Sequence record: LC739537.1
Strand: one strand, 5' to 3'
Length of the DNA: 64,000 bases
From: Escherichia phage phiWec188
Below are positions 1 through 11,960 of this stretch, in pieces. A model generated the notes under the pieces. It was not told where the DNA came from, made no database searches, and was given only the letters and a program-made list of their open reading frames with translations. A program made the translations under genes and the position numbers. Numbering within the stretch: position 1 is the stretch's first letter; every line of letters starts with the position of its first letter.

Positions 1-277
1 CCTTGTCACGGATATCTTCGAAGCTTGTAATCTCGAAATCAACTTGTGCAAGAGACATGTTTTCGGGACACAATAGAGTAGGATCTGTGTTCCAAAAAAC
101 TATACGGTTTTGCTCATCAAATACGACTTTCATTTTATCGTTCTGTAGCAAACCATCGCGCAATTCATACCAATCAATACCCTGGTCGCAAAGTAGGAAC
201 AAAATGTTCTCTACTTCTACGAGTTCTCTTAGGGCGGGATCTTCTGGGATATACTTCTTAAAATTAGTGTAGAGCAT
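1..277 (-). CDS. 5' part of a late gene running off the window edge (possible tail-fibre assembly or adhesin partner)
   Basis: ATG at 277 on the minus strand overlaps the stop of the 278-1339 gene (TAATG); frame stays open to position 1 (MLYTNFKKYIPEDPALRELVEVENILFLL...). Function is a guess from position only. Confidence 0.35.
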   Translation of the reverse strand, partial: MLYTNFKKYIPEDPALRELVEVENILFLLCDQGIDWYELRDGLLQNDKMKVVFDEQNRIVFWNTDPTLLCPENMSLAQVDFEITSFEDIRDK

Positions 278-1339
278 TTAGCCTCCAATATCGTACCAGT
301 TTCCGTTCACGTTTCGCTGGAGACGTTTGAAGTAAACACCACCAATGTTATCCGCAGAACTACGACCTGTTTCCTGAACAATAATACCAGAAAGAACATA
401 GCCGGAAGAACAAATATATGTCCAAGACACTTCGTTACCTGGTGGGTAATATACGCCTTGGCTGGTATAACGTATGTCACGAACAAAATTACCATTCGCA
501 TAGTTATAGTTGTTACTGATCTGGTTTTGCAAGTTACTGTTCACGCTGTCAATACGTGAGTTCAAGTTATTGTTAACGTTGTTCAGGTTGTTTTGAACAG
601 AGTTAATATTCGTTTGCAAGGTGTTCTGTAAAGAGCTTAAACGTGAGTTCAAGTAATCTAAACGAACCAGAGCATTACCGTTCCCAGTATCTTGTCCACT
701 ATTAGATCGTGGATTATCAATCAGAACATAACCGCCATCATATAAACGCACTGCACAGGATACGTTACCACTGGTAGGGTTCCTGCGGTATATATAAAGA
801 TGACCGCCATTATTGTACTCGGAAGAAATCTCTCCGTTAGTTTGCCCTGCAAAGTTTTTAAAGAATATTGTAGCAGGATCTGAAGTAGCTGTACCGTTTA
901 CGTAAACATCTCCAGCATAAATAGCGCCGCCGCCGTCACGTTTAACCAATACATTAGGGGTTACTGTGGTGCTTGTTGCATCTGTGATGTTAGAGGATAA
1001 GTGGTTGTGACTGTTGTCTACAACTTGAATAGAAAGCGTTACTGCTGCATTCCCGTTCCAGGTTACTTCGCCTGTTGCATCCCCTGCCATTGTTATCTTA
1101 GTACCAACCAGGGGAAGATATGTATTTGGTAATGTTGGAAGGAATTCATCAACCAAGTAACGAATCCATAATCCGTTATTGTTGAGTATCCAGTTCATTT
1201 CTTCACATGTCATGATTTGACCATAATCCATACCCACGGTACGAATGATTTCTTTAGGTCGAATCTTGTTCATGTTTTGTGTTCCTGGGAGGGTAACTGT
1301 TTCTACAGCCCAATCAGGATAGTAAATTGGCTTCGCCAT
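278..1339 (-). CDS. tail fibre protein
   Basis: 353 aa; ATG with AAGGAG RBS; N/S/Q-rich heptad-like segment (NSVQNNLNNVNNNLNSRIDSVNSNLQNQ) typical of fibre shafts; last gene of the tail module. Confidence 0.55.
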   Translation of the reverse strand: MAKPIYYPDWAVETVTLPGTQNMNKIRPKEIIRTVGMDYGQIMTCEEMNWILNNNGLWIRYLVDEFLPTLPNTYLPLVGTKITMAGDATGEVTWNGNAAVTLSIQVVDNSHNHLSSNITDATSTTVTPNVLVKRDGGGAIYAGDVYVNGTATSDPATIFFKNFAGQTNGEISSEYNNGGHLYIYRRNPTSGNVSCAVRLYDGGYVLIDNPRSNSGQDTGNGNALVRLDYLNSRLSSLQNTLQTNINSVQNNLNNVNNNLNSRIDSVNSNLQNQISNNYNYANGNFVRDIRYTSQGVYYPPGNEVSWTYICSSGYVLSGIIVQETGRSSADNIGGVYFKRLQRNVNGNWYDIGG

Positions 1340-1348
1340 TGGAACTCC

Positions 1349-1978
1349 TTAATAGATTTGTTTCAGAAGCATACACATGCGTCCAGTTTCATCCCCTGTA
1401 GATTCCAAGTACAAGGAACCCAAACCACCAATACCGTGAGGATCTTTGGTAGCGTAATAAGAGGTGAATCCAAAAGCTGATCCGGCTTTAGCTCCCAGTC
1501 GGTAGTTGCTTATAATTGGGAACACACTTAAAAGTTGCTCAAGAGCTTGATCAGACTGAAGACACAAGTTATAAAAGAACACATCAAAGGATTTATTCAA
1601 CCCAACATATGTGTTAATTGTATCTCGTTTTGTACCTGTGAAACGGGCGAAGATATCAATAATGTCCCCACGAGTCCCCGAAGAGGCAACACGATAAGCC
1701 CTGATTTTTAAAATTGTGCGGTACTCTTCATCATCAGAACCATTTCGTTCAATACCCATCTCTTCACCAAGGAGATCAAGATAATCCCCTGTGGCTGTAG
1801 ATATTAAACGGTGTTTAGCAAGATAGATCATTGCCTGATCTATCTTTTGCTTTTCACTTGATACGATGTAGAGGAGCTTGACAATGTTAGGGGAAGATTT
1901 AAAATCTTCAATCAACAGATCTTTAACGTCTTCATTGATATTCTCCCAAGTCGTTACATGGTCAACACTCACTGCCAT
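1349..1978 (-). CDS. hypothetical tail/baseplate-associated protein
   Basis: 209-aa ORF, ATG start, tightly packed between fibre genes. Confidence 0.4.
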   Translation of the reverse strand: MAVSVDHVTTWENINEDVKDLLIEDFKSSPNIVKLLYIVSSEKQKIDQAMIYLAKHRLISTATGDYLDLLGEEMGIERNGSDDEEYRTILKIRAYRVASSGTRGDIIDIFARFTGTKRDTINTYVGLNKSFDVFFYNLCLQSDQALEQLLSVFPIISNYRLGAKAGSAFGFTSYYATKDPHGIGGLGSLYLESTGDETGRMCMLLKQIY

Positions 1979-1980
1979 TT

Positions 1981-3468
1981 TTAGACTCCATACTCGTAGG
2001 AAATGTTATCAAGGTCGAAAGACGGGACAATATTGTAGGCAGGAACAATGTTTCCTTCTGTATATTTACTGTCGTCTTCATTATTAAGTTTAACATAAAC
2101 ACGGAGAGAAGTCAAGCGCCCAAAAGCAAGTGCTGCATAAATAACGCCTTTAATCTGGTCGTTAGTTACAGAAGAACCCAATTCGAAGTAGGCTTGCAGG
2201 TTATCCAGTGCTTCAACAATGTTTTCTTTCTCTGTCCCGCTTAACGTTGTACCATTGATTGTCTGGTATACAAGTTTCAAGGAGTACGTTGCAGTAGCAC
2301 CAGGAGAGAAGCGGATAATCTCTTGTCCACCATCTTCCGTCATGACAGTAATGTTAGTTGTGCCATAAGTCAAGGTATTGATTGGTTTAGTGTCGTAAAT
2401 TACTTTAGCAACTTCTTCGGCACTCCCACCGTACACGATTGTCTGGAAACTCATTGCAGGTGCATGTTCCTGATCGTGGATTGTTGGGTTGTCGTAAATC
2501 TTAACCTTGGTTACGCCGTCAGTCTGCAACAAAGCTTTAATGATAGCTGCGCGTGTACCTGCGTTTGCTTCATCAAGGTTATCGTTGAAACGTGAGCGGA
2601 ACTCTGCATCTGTCTCTACATCTCGTCCTGAAGAGAAAGCATAAAAGTTACCAGAATCAAGGTAGCCTGTGAAGGTTGAAGAGATCCCAGAAATGGATTC
2701 CACACCTACCGGATTGTACCCTGCTTCTGATCCTACCACCGGAACTTCACTCCACTTCGTCCCGACAGGAACAGAAGCATAGAATTTTATTGGTGTTACC
2801 AAACCAACAGGTTCTACATCTCCCGCTGCTGCGAAGCCAACGTAAACGTTACTTGCGTCTGTATGGATTAAATCACGATCCGTAGTGGAGAGGTTGTCTC
2901 GAATAAAGTTTGCAAGATCTGTAATGAATGTCGAAGAAGCTGGAGAGAGTACACGACTATTCAAACCACCATCATTTGCACTTTGTGCGTAGAAAGTTAT
3001 GTTAGCCACTCCTGTAGCTGTTGCATTCGCACGCGAGATTTGATATGCTGCTATCTTAGCATTCAACATGGTAGGTGCGCTGACATAATAGTTCATGTCG
3101 TTGTCTGCATTAAAATACGTATCCGTGCCAAGTTCAAAAGTCCAAGGGGCTTTGTTGTTGCTTTTCACATAAGCAAAACCTGAACCAGGTGCAGCGGCAG
3201 AACGATAGAAACCACGTTTGGAGAAGATTTCATCAAGGTAAATACCTTCAGCACCATCCAGTGTCTGGGTATTATAAACTCCTTGCATTCCTTCCCATAA
3301 TGTGTAGTCGGTATAAGCAATAATACGGAACAACTGTCCGAAGACAGTATCCTCCGAAGTCGCTGCATCGGCACCAAAAGTGTTCTTAAGTGCAGTCATA
3401 TAGTTGTTAAGTACATCATCGAATGTCGGGATTACAAATCCCGCATCGGTTAAGCCATATTCATCCAT
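1981..3468 (-). CDS. structural protein (tail fibre or baseplate component)
   Basis: 495-aa ORF, ATG start, within tail gene block; no recognisable catalytic motif. Confidence 0.45.
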   Translation of the reverse strand: MDEYGLTDAGFVIPTFDDVLNNYMTALKNTFGADAATSEDTVFGQLFRIIAYTDYTLWEGMQGVYNTQTLDGAEGIYLDEIFSKRGFYRSAAAPGSGFAYVKSNNKAPWTFELGTDTYFNADNDMNYYVSAPTMLNAKIAAYQISRANATATGVANITFYAQSANDGGLNSRVLSPASSTFITDLANFIRDNLSTTDRDLIHTDASNVYVGFAAAGDVEPVGLVTPIKFYASVPVGTKWSEVPVVGSEAGYNPVGVESISGISSTFTGYLDSGNFYAFSSGRDVETDAEFRSRFNDNLDEANAGTRAAIIKALLQTDGVTKVKIYDNPTIHDQEHAPAMSFQTIVYGGSAEEVAKVIYDTKPINTLTYGTTNITVMTEDGGQEIIRFSPGATATYSLKLVYQTINGTTLSGTEKENIVEALDNLQAYFELGSSVTNDQIKGVIYAALAFGRLTSLRVYVKLNNEDDSKYTEGNIVPAYNIVPSFDLDNISYEYGV

Positions 3469-3737
3469 TACTCATCCTCTTTGTTGTGTTCAGGGGTGGA
3501 AGACCTACCCCAGCGCAGGTCTATTAGATTTTTCATTAGTCGTGAGGGAGTGACCATAAAAACAAAAGCCCAGCCCATCCATTCAGGAATTTCTTTTTCT
3601 ATTCCTAAAAAGATGAACATACCTGTCATTGTCATCATACCTACGGCGTTCCATACTTTAGTGGAACTTACCCCGTTTCCAGGGTAAGTACAAAACATTC
3701 CGCGAACAAACTTCTTAAACCCATTCTCTTTAGGCAT
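3468..3737 (-). CDS. small membrane protein (two hydrophobic segments)
   Basis: 89 aa; hydrophobic stretches [15 protein letters not shown] and [12 protein letters not shown]; overlaps neighbours by start/stop coupling. Confidence 0.3.
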   Translation of the reverse strand: MPKENGFKKFVRGMFCTYPGNGVSSTKVWNAVGMMTMTGMFIFLGIEKEIPEWMGWAFVFMVTPSRLMKNLIDLRWGRSSTPEHNKEDE

Positions 3738-5796
3738 AAACTGTATCCTGTAGGTAAACGTTTAAAGGAACATTGCCCATATAGAAAACTTGCGAATGAG
3801 AGTTGACCACAGTAATAGAGTCTTGCATTATTTGTGGGTAAGCCCATATATATTGCTTAAGACCTTCGAACTTGCTATTGTTCAGGACTATGTTCCCGAT
3901 GATCATTTTCCACAAATATGTGCGATAATTTGAATCAGGATCAAAGCCGTACAACGGTGCTAATGTGGCATCTGGTACGAACCCAGCCAAGTAGTGAATA
4001 TCTTCGTAAGGGAATCCCAAAGTCTCGTGCGGTATTGTTACGGCATCGTAGGCTTTAATCATCTTACCTTGAAGCAACCAATCATAACATTCAGAACAAT
4101 AGAAATCGAAAGCTTCTGGAATGTAGTAATCTTTAGGAAAGTTTACTTTCTCCATTAACCCGTTGCCAATGATCGAAGGTAAGAACGGAAGTAATGTCAC
4201 TTGAGCGCCTGGGTATGCAGCGCGTGTATCCGTTGCAAACTTGGTAACTCTCAAACCCAATTTACGAGACAAGAACTCGTAATACTGATCGTATGGGCTT
4301 CCTGTTTTATAGTTATCAATCGTCCCAGCATCTTGTGCAAACAAACCTGTTTCTGTATTGAAAGCCAGTTTTGTCGTATAATCATAAATGCAAGGCAGGT
4401 TGGTAGCTGTATTGTACCACCACCACGGTTCCCCAATTTGAATAACAACCGGAATGTCGTTAGTTGTGGAAATGGAGGCGATCTTGTTAATTACATTCTG
4501 AAGATATTGCATACCCTCATCAATTGTAGGAGACAACACATAGCTCGGAGGCACATAACCTGTAGCAGCTAAAGCATCGTTCCAATCGTGCTGCACCCAC
4601 TCAACAGGGCAGACTGTGCTCATCAATTCGAAACTCAAAGAGTTCATAACTGTGTAGCCGGAGGCTTTGGCGATTGCATGGAAGCTGTTCAACCACGCTT
4701 CAGTCGCTGGGTTAAGAAACACGGAAGTGTTTAATTGCCAGCCATCATTGCCGTCCCATTCAAACTGGTAGTAGTGCGACATTCCGTTGTAATGGTTTAT
4801 CATACCACGATACCCTAAAGCATAAGTGTTGGAAATAACACGTTCAGGGGTAAGATTATACATGTCATCGTAAGATGTGCACATACGAATATCGTGTGCT
4901 GCTTGCACCAAATTGCTAACGTCCATCTGACTAAACCCAGTGTCAGGTTCAAGCAAAGTGAATTTCATTGACGACTGCATATTGTTCATCTGAACAATTT
5001 CTGTTATGTCTTGGTAGCGTGTCGTGATCAATGAGAAGAAGAAATTGTCCACCTGTGTGGTGTCCACTTCAATATCATTGTTCGGTCCAGACTTAATATT
5101 ACTAAAGTCTAAGCGGATATCTGCTGTTTTGCCATCTTCTGATACATTGAAAGCATAATAACTCAAATCAATGTAGTGAATCGTCTTATCAACCAATGTT
5201 AAAGTAATAGTTGGGATCAACGGAGCATCATTGAACCCTGGCATGTTTGCACTAAGTTCTAATTTAAACCAGAGCTTCTCTTCACTTAAATCTTGGTGAG
5301 GAAGAAAACCTACGCCCTTATGATCAAAGGTGTCTGTTGTGTGCCAAATAACACCTGCCAAACCTGCTGCTGTACGGTTAACAAAGTACGCCGTAAAGGA
5401 ATCCCCACTGGAAATTATGGAACAACTCTCTGTTGCTTGGGAGTCGATAGTCCAGAACTTAGGAGAGAACATTTTAGCTTTGGTTGAGGTCCATGTAATC
5501 GGAGTGGTGTTCTCTTGTCTCGTCGTAATGACACACTCGATCTTGGTTTCAACCATCGTGTTGTTTTCGCTGATACCAGAAACTTCTAAAAAGAAGTTAA
5601 TATCTATTGAGTTTTTTGGTCGTTCGTAAACATCAACCACAATTGTTGCAGAGTCGGCGTTAGCAGGGAACACTAAGGTTCCCGACTTCGCTACATAATC
5701 TCTACCGGAGACTGCCGTTCCATCGACAGTCTTGTAGTTGAACGAACTCACATTTACTCGTTTGTCTCTTGTGACAGTAAATGTTGCCTGTTTCAT
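3730..5796 (-). CDS. large tail protein (possible receptor-binding protein or tailspike)
   Basis: 688-aa ORF with ATG start in the distal tail module; Trp/Tyr-rich globular region. Confidence 0.45.
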   Translation of the reverse strand: MKQATFTVTRDKRVNVSSFNYKTVDGTAVSGRDYVAKSGTLVFPANADSATIVVDVYERPKNSIDINFFLEVSGISENNTMVETKIECVITTRQENTTPITWTSTKAKMFSPKFWTIDSQATESCSIISSGDSFTAYFVNRTAAGLAGVIWHTTDTFDHKGVGFLPHQDLSEEKLWFKLELSANMPGFNDAPLIPTITLTLVDKTIHYIDLSYYAFNVSEDGKTADIRLDFSNIKSGPNNDIEVDTTQVDNFFFSLITTRYQDITEIVQMNNMQSSMKFTLLEPDTGFSQMDVSNLVQAAHDIRMCTSYDDMYNLTPERVISNTYALGYRGMINHYNGMSHYYQFEWDGNDGWQLNTSVFLNPATEAWLNSFHAIAKASGYTVMNSLSFELMSTVCPVEWVQHDWNDALAATGYVPPSYVLSPTIDEGMQYLQNVINKIASISTTNDIPVVIQIGEPWWWYNTATNLPCIYDYTTKLAFNTETGLFAQDAGTIDNYKTGSPYDQYYEFLSRKLGLRVTKFATDTRAAYPGAQVTLLPFLPSIIGNGLMEKVNFPKDYYIPEAFDFYCSECYDWLLQGKMIKAYDAVTIPHETLGFPYEDIHYLAGFVPDATLAPLYGFDPDSNYRTYLWKMIIGNIVLNNSKFEGLKQYIWAYPQIMQDSITVVNSHSQVFYMGNVPLNVYLQDTVYA

Positions 5797-5804
5797 TTTG
5801 CTCC

Positions 5805-8681
5805 TTATTCAGTGGCATCCACGGTTACGTCTTTTATTGTCAAGACGGTAAGCGCCGGAATATTGCTTGAGGCTAAGAGTGGAAGGGCATTTTGCGGATT
5901 CAGTTTTTTGTATAAAGCATATAAACCAAAACCACGTAAAAGTTCCCCAGCGTGGAAGCCAAAGAATACCCCGTTATCTGTGCTTGCTCTTGGTGCAGAA
6001 CTCCAACATCCATTCATGATGTGGTTCGGACCTAAGACAATGTAGTTTTCCTGAATCAGTTCGAAGCAACGATCTGCTACGATTTTAAGATTAGGGATCT
6101 CTGTGTCATATCCTGCCATACCCATGATAGAACAACCCGCCATAAACAATGCAGACATGTGACTGGTAAAGTCGTCTATAGGAGCAGTTACCTCTCCAGT
6201 AGGGTAGAAGATTGTCGGTGTTCTTCCTTCGTTGTTATCTTGGAACCATTTCAGATAGTTGATCCAGTTCTTACAAACAGTCAAAAGCTTGGTTGGAATA
6301 TCTTCCCCACGCTGCTTCAGTTCGTAAACTGTATGACAAGCACAATAGAACGCACGAGCCTCGTATCCATCCCAAGCTTTATCATTCCAGTGATACATGG
6401 TGAACTCATTCTTAGTACCATACTTCAAAGCATCCCAACGATCCCAAACATAAGCTTGCGCCATAGGGCCAGGCATTACAGGAGAGAACTTATTGTAGAA
6501 CCACATTTGTGAATCGTACAAGAAGTCAATACTGTTGTTCAGTCTTGTCCAATCAATATCACGCCCTTGGAAACAATACAGAGACGGATACTGGTAGCCA
6601 GGATATGGAATCCCACGCCACCCATCATACAAGGATGTATTAGGGTCACTAATATTCGAGAACGGAATAATTCCTGGTGTGTAGTTCAGGCTATTTAGTT
6701 TGTAGTCAATGATCGTACAATCACCAAGTTTAGCAGTGTGCGGGTGTTCAGACTGAACTGTGATCCTGAAATACATCGTGTAATCTTCACCGGAAGCAGA
6801 AGAGTAACGAGAAGGTATATCGTTAACACAATAGAAGTCAATGCCGCCTGTCAAACCGTTTGCAGGATCTGTATCCAGAACCAAGTTAATCTGCTCTACA
6901 GCAGAAAGGTCTATAACCGTAGGCTTGGGATCTGTATCTGAATGATCTGGTTGCCAAGCTGATAACTGGAAACTTGCTGTGGTTAACGTTTTAGTTGACC
7001 AAAGTCCACCAGTTTTCTCCAGCATTGCCCACCATCTCCACCCATTCTCGTCCGTTATTGTGATATTGAAATCATCAGTATAGGAACGGTAAGTGATAGA
7101 TTTTAAGTTTGCTGTTTTAGTTGGTGTCAACCAGAAACCGATTGTTATCCCGCCATCAGCGTCCATGTTTGCAGAAACAATCTGATCGCTATTCGTTCCA
7201 GCTATATCTGTTGCATATTTGTATTGTACCACAGTATTGGCACCCCAGTCAATGATCATTCGTGGGTCTGCAATAATATATACACCACCATTAGCTGGTT
7301 CAGTACGCATGAAGCTGGACAGAGGAATATCCATTGTCGTCATGTTGGCTGCACCTAAAGGCAGTCCACAACGATATGTAACTGTGTCAGTCTCACTTTT
7401 CGTCTTGCTCAATTCCAACTCTGGACGGAAAACAATACCCTCCCCTGCATCATCAACACCTTGGAACTGAACACGCAGTTTAGAGCTATCCCCAACACGG
7501 AACCAGACAGCCTGTTGCTCCAGTGTAGTTTGTGCTGCCACGTTCTGACGAATAACCGTGTACCCTAACGAATCCCTGGAGTAAGTTGGGATTGCTGTAG
7601 ATGGGTAACTGTAATCATAAGAAATGCCATCTGTGAATGGGATGGTCGCAGTAGTTGACTTACGGAAAAACTTATCGAACATATCTATGTTGGAGTAGTC
7701 TTGACAAAGCAGCAGTGAAGACTGCCAACACAACCAATACTTCCTTTCGCCAGTGATCTGGTACATCAGATAGTTCGCATCACACCACCAAGTTTCAGCA
7801 TCGGAGGCGTTATCTTGGAAGCCCATCTCTACAGGTACGTTGACTGGGCGGTTATGCCACATCTCGTTACGTCCCATGAGATAGCCACCATGCTCTACAG
7901 GGTTACATGTTGCATAGTTGAATTTGTATGATCCGGTGACTGTGGTGTTCTTCAGTTGGACAGTACCGTATTCAGCGGGAGTGTGCCCTTGTGATAGAAT
8001 GTTTCCATCCCAGTCCACTTTACGTCCCAGCCGATCAATAATCCAATCAACATCCCATTGATCTCCGTACTCACGCCAGTTGGTAGAGCCGTCACTGTTG
8101 GTCGCGTAAACTGTGGCATTAACAGAGTTCCATCCTAAGTTACCGTTGAAAGCAAACCAAGCTTTATCCAAGTATTCTCCCCAGTGTGGAGCACCTTTAG
8201 GAATCACGGTACGCCCGTTTGTCCAAGTCATCAGACTTCCTTTGAAGCCCCCGTGAGTTGGATACCCATCATCCGTTAATGGGTAGTGGGCCAGACGTGG
8301 TTCCTTCCCGTTGATGATCCAATTAGGACGATACTTTTGCGGAGGATCGGGGATAGGTTGCCCCCCGAAGAATCCGTCAATGTAGGCTTGCCAATATTTC
8401 TTAGCGGAGTCCAGATATTTGCTATCTCCGGTGGCTAAGTATGCATAGGCAAAACCTGTGATAAGCACAGATTGACCTTCTGTTGTAGCATCGCCGTTTG
8501 GCTGACCTTCCTGTGCTGTCCAGTTGATAAAGTGACGGTTGTTAGCCAGAATGTTTTGTGGGTTGATCACGTAATGTTGAACCGTAGGATCAATTGTCAA
8601 CCCAGTATTTCTTTCTAAGAACTGTACCAATCCGTCGATTAGCTGGAAAGTGTTATCAATATTGTGCTTAATTTGAGACAT
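5805..8681 (-). CDS. large tail fibre or tailspike protein
   Basis: ORF track gives 5805-8717 from an upstream TTG; an ATG at 8681 with GGGAG RBS and TAATG overlap with the upstream gene is the more likely start. Confidence 0.45.
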   Translation of the reverse strand: MSQIKHNIDNTFQLIDGLVQFLERNTGLTIDPTVQHYVINPQNILANNRHFINWTAQEGQPNGDATTEGQSVLITGFAYAYLATGDSKYLDSAKKYWQAYIDGFFGGQPIPDPPQKYRPNWIINGKEPRLAHYPLTDDGYPTHGGFKGSLMTWTNGRTVIPKGAPHWGEYLDKAWFAFNGNLGWNSVNATVYATNSDGSTNWREYGDQWDVDWIIDRLGRKVDWDGNILSQGHTPAEYGTVQLKNTTVTGSYKFNYATCNPVEHGGYLMGRNEMWHNRPVNVPVEMGFQDNASDAETWWCDANYLMYQITGERKYWLCWQSSLLLCQDYSNIDMFDKFFRKSTTATIPFTDGISYDYSYPSTAIPTYSRDSLGYTVIRQNVAAQTTLEQQAVWFRVGDSSKLRVQFQGVDDAGEGIVFRPELELSKTKSETDTVTYRCGLPLGAANMTTMDIPLSSFMRTEPANGGVYIIADPRMIIDWGANTVVQYKYATDIAGTNSDQIVSANMDADGGITIGFWLTPTKTANLKSITYRSYTDDFNITITDENGWRWWAMLEKTGGLWSTKTLTTASFQLSAWQPDHSDTDPKPTVIDLSAVEQINLVLDTDPANGLTGGIDFYCVNDIPSRYSSASGEDYTMYFRITVQSEHPHTAKLGDCTIIDYKLNSLNYTPGIIPFSNISDPNTSLYDGWRGIPYPGYQYPSLYCFQGRDIDWTRLNNSIDFLYDSQMWFYNKFSPVMPGPMAQAYVWDRWDALKYGTKNEFTMYHWNDKAWDGYEARAFYCACHTVYELKQRGEDIPTKLLTVCKNWINYLKWFQDNNEGRTPTIFYPTGEVTAPIDDFTSHMSALFMAGCSIMGMAGYDTEIPNLKIVADRCFELIQENYIVLGPNHIMNGCWSSAPRASTDNGVFFGFHAGELLRGFGLYALYKKLNPQNALPLLASSNIPALTVLTIKDVTVDATE

Positions 8682-9154
8682 TAGATCACTCCCGCCATTA
8701 CCATACTTCCAATCCAAGAAGCACCGTTGTCTAAACTGATAAATTCAAAAGTATCGATCGCACCTTGACGATAACTTAAAACAGGTGTGCGCCCAAAACT
8801 CCATTTAACCGAGGCTGGCCATACCACTTTATTTGCCCCGCTACCTTGACGCAAAGCCAGACTAAAGTTTAAAACTGTTGCTGTGGTAACGGGAATGTTT
8901 GTAAAGCTGATCGTACAAGAAGCAGAAGAGAGGGTAGCATAAAAATACTCTGCTGATCCCAAGTCTAAAGCTAAGGTACTGGTGACGGTGCCACGGGTAC
9001 TTAAACGGTTACGAGTAACCCCAGCACCATTCAAAAGAACACGCAGGGACGTTTTCTTGGTTATCCCTGCCTGATCCGTTACAAAAAAATCTGCATCTGA
9101 AACAGACGTGGTTTGCACCAAGTCTGTAACTTTGATAGTTGTTAAATCTGCCAT
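8681..9154 (-). CDS. baseplate/tail structural protein
   Basis: 157-aa ORF translationally coupled to neighbours. Confidence 0.4.
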   Translation of the reverse strand: MADLTTIKVTDLVQTTSVSDADFFVTDQAGITKKTSLRVLLNGAGVTRNRLSTRGTVTSTLALDLGSAEYFYATLSSASCTISFTNIPVTTATVLNFSLALRQGSGANKVVWPASVKWSFGRTPVLSYRQGAIDTFEFISLDNGASWIGSMVMAGVI

Positions 9155-9155
9155 C

Positions 9156-9776
9156 TTATACTCCTGTCATAGCCGTAAGGCCGAAGTTATTATTTGTTGA
9201 AAGAACTGAACCTGAATCGCTAACCATCATACGTTCGACAGCGGTTTCAGTCGCCCACTCATTCCACCAAGTAGAATAAGTATTTTCAGGCAGACCAACA
9301 AAGTTAATGAAGCGGTACAGACGGTTAGAAGATTCAACAATGGTGTATGCTTCACAAGTGATTGCCGCATTGTCATCGCCAGCTTCTGGGTAAATGAATT
9401 CTTCAGAAGGTTGGGTGTTGAAACTCGTTGTTACTGTGTCTGCGCCTACTGTGACAACAACATCCATATTATAATAGCGTTGGTCACGATCGTAATAAGA
9501 TTTGTAAGAGTTGATTGTGTCGATATAAATATTCTTGGCAATCTCTGCCAGGAAGATTCGGTCCACAATATCTTTCTTTCGTGCTACACCGATAATCTCT
9601 TGCAGGTAAGGAACACCGAACGTGGTGTTAAGGAACCATTCTCCACGATATGTTTTGAGGGTGATCCCTAATGTCTGCGCTGCAATCTCGGTACGAGTGG
9701 TTGTCAAAACAAGATCCCCATCATCCATGATGAGGTCGTTGTCTGATCCCAATTTTAAATCATATGGGATACCCAT
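9156..9776 (-). CDS. baseplate protein
   Basis: 206-aa ORF in baseplate block. Confidence 0.4.
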   Translation of the reverse strand: MGIPYDLKLGSDNDLIMDDGDLVLTTTRTEIAAQTLGITLKTYRGEWFLNTTFGVPYLQEIIGVARKKDIVDRIFLAEIAKNIYIDTINSYKSYYDRDQRYYNMDVVVTVGADTVTTSFNTQPSEEFIYPEAGDDNAAITCEAYTIVESSNRLYRFINFVGLPENTYSTWWNEWATETAVERMMVSDSGSVLSTNNNFGLTAMTGV

Positions 9777-9778
9777 TA

Positions 9779-10513
9779 TTATGCTCCTGAAGGTTTCAAG
9801 GATTCCGCACTTGAGCTTCCGCTCTGAATGTTGCGAACCGTATGGGTGTGGGTATGGAAGCCAATACCATTACCGTCTGTCATCAATCCGTTCTGATCAA
9901 TCTGTAGTCCGTTAATGTTTGCAGACGTGCCTTTGAAAGTCATGACACCACCTGTCAAATCCAGGGTGCCGGAACCGTCTGTCATTGTTATTCCAGAAGG
10001 AGTAATATCAATCTTCATTCCTTGACTATTCCATATAGATATGGTGCCAGAAGGATCGAAAGATGCATATGTGTTTTTGTTATTTGAAATAACCACCTTC
10101 TCGGAATCTACTGCTTCTGTTGAATCGGTGCCTGTGGAAATCTTAGGAATAAAGCAAATCGGATATAAACCGCAAGGCTGCATTAATGTAGTCGTTGTGG
10201 CTGCTTCTCCAGAAGTTTGCATTGCATTCGAAGGATCTCGTTCAGAGAAAATAACAACACCAATATCGCCGGATTTAATAGGGAAGGAGATACGCCCTGT
10301 ACCTCCTCCGTTAACCATAAAAGGAACATCGTGGAAGGTTGGATAGTCGATAGAATCTTCTTCTGATCGCGTATTCTTCACAATGGATTCCAGTGTCAGT
10401 GTTTTTGCACCGTAGTTAACACCTGTAACTCGTACTGGTAATGAGGTGTGCACCTCTGCCAGTTGTTCTGTCATCATGCCACGCATTGCTGTGACAAAGT
10501 TCAAAGCATCCAT
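9779..10513 (-). CDS. baseplate hub/spike-like protein
   Basis: 244-aa ORF; Gly/Thr-rich beta-type repeats (TGTDSTEAVDSEKVV..., GSGTLDLTGGVMTFKG). Confidence 0.4.
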   Translation of the reverse strand: MDALNFVTAMRGMMTEQLAEVHTSLPVRVTGVNYGAKTLTLESIVKNTRSEEDSIDYPTFHDVPFMVNGGGTGRISFPIKSGDIGVVIFSERDPSNAMQTSGEAATTTTLMQPCGLYPICFIPKISTGTDSTEAVDSEKVVISNNKNTYASFDPSGTISIWNSQGMKIDITPSGITMTDGSGTLDLTGGVMTFKGTSANINGLQIDQNGLMTDGNGIGFHTHTHTVRNIQSGSSSAESLKPSGA

Positions 10514-11526
10514 TATTTACCTTCCTTCGTCATGATCGCAGATACAGATACGCACTCAACTTCTGTCACCCACTCGCTACCTTCCTTGTCCCCATGATGC
10601 GATACAGATACCACTTTAAATGGACCATCATAATCACGGCTCTTGAGCCAAATGGTTTTTTCAGGTAAGATTGCACCATTCATCTGACATTTGAACTTCA
10701 CACCGTCTGTAGGTTTCTTGGCTTTCTTAGAAGCTTTAGTCACCTTCTTGGCAGGTTTGATATCGTTGTGGAATGGTTCTGGGCTTCCTATCAACCCTGT
10801 TTCAGGACTGATGTAGGCGCTTCTTGCGTTGGACATTTGAGAACGAGGTGTAACATAAACAGATCCATCTTGAATGGACACGTTATGATCAATACTCTTA
10901 CAAATATGTTCCAGGTAGTGTGAAGTATTTCCACACATCGCTGTCGCAGAAGAAAGGGTCTGATCGTTATCAATATGAATGTTACCTTCTGTTGTCCCAA
11001 GATCTTTAACAAGATCTGCAACAACACGTTTCACTTTCGTCCCTTTAGGGTAGCTACGACTGGTACGGGCTTCAGAGATGTTAATACCTCCGTCCAGACA
11101 ATGGAGAACAGTTTTACGATCGACGCTATCAAACGTATCACTTACCCACTGAATTGTACCCTTGAAAATCATAACCAATTCTTGTCCTTCGTAGCCCACT
11201 GCTAAGGCTACTGCCAGGTTGTTACGAATCCCTCGGTTGATGTAGTTTACTGTGTCATCTGACAGGTTGTAAATAGTAATCTCCGCTTGGTTAGGATCTT
11301 TGTTATTATCTTTCTTGATGTTGAAAGTAATTTGATGATGTTCAAGTAGATACAAATTAGAAGAAGATTTTGTAGTGCTTCCCAATTTAGTATCCAAATC
11401 TACTGTTGATTTAAAGGATGAGTTGCTTGTCCTTTTCTGCACGGTATTCGTTGCCGTGCCAATCAACAGTTTATATGCCCTGTTCAGATTGGGAACAGGG
11501 GCTTTTGTATATCCTCTTTCTGCCAT
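10513..11526 (-). CDS. baseplate/tail protein
   Basis: 337-aa ORF, start overlaps stop of upstream gene. Confidence 0.4.
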   Translation of the reverse strand: MAERGYTKAPVPNLNRAYKLLIGTATNTVQKRTSNSSFKSTVDLDTKLGSTTKSSSNLYLLEHHQITFNIKKDNNKDPNQAEITIYNLSDDTVNYINRGIRNNLAVALAVGYEGQELVMIFKGTIQWVSDTFDSVDRKTVLHCLDGGINISEARTSRSYPKGTKVKRVVADLVKDLGTTEGNIHIDNDQTLSSATAMCGNTSHYLEHICKSIDHNVSIQDGSVYVTPRSQMSNARSAYISPETGLIGSPEPFHNDIKPAKKVTKASKKAKKPTDGVKFKCQMNGAILPEKTIWLKSRDYDGPFKVVSVSHHGDKEGSEWVTEVECVSVSAIMTKEGK

Positions 11527-11544
11527 ACAATCTCCCCTTAACTA

Positions 11545-11958
11545 TTAAGCTTGGTTCGATAGATTATCTATGTAAACCAAAACAAAACGTTTTTCAATTC
11601 CTGTTGTTGTGTAACCAGGACGACCATTAATCTTCACCGTGTCAATCATATAGAGCTGTCCGTCTGGAACGCCTTCAAGATATTTGTACGGCTTCAACAG
11701 ATCGAGTCCGTTGGTTATCTTAAACGTTACACTTGGTTCATCTCCTGATAAACCTATAAGGCACTGCCAGGCTTCATCACGAGTGTTCCAACGTAAACGT
11801 ATATCGTAATCCACACCATCCAATGTTACGGTGTAGGTTTGGTCTGGATACTCTTCAGTTTTTAAATACCAGGCGAAGTAGTCAGAACGGTCTTCCAAGA
11901 AGACAGCCTTGTATCCAGAGTTTGTTGTGCTTCGTGTTGCTTTAGAATAAGTTGCCAC
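11545..11958 (-). CDS. tail assembly protein
   Basis: 137-aa ORF. Confidence 0.4.
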   Translation of the reverse strand: MATYSKATRSTTNSGYKAVFLEDRSDYFAWYLKTEEYPDQTYTVTLDGVDYDIRLRWNTRDEAWQCLIGLSGDEPSVTFKITNGLDLLKPYKYLEGVPDGQLYMIDTVKINGRPGYTTTGIEKRFVLVYIDNLSNQA

Positions 11959-11960
11959 GA

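Noticed and set aside
3-272. 89-aa plus-strand ORF at the window start
   Set aside because: Lies antisense to a minus-strand gene that begins at 277 with start/stop coupling to the tail fibre gene; no RBS; almost certainly spurious.
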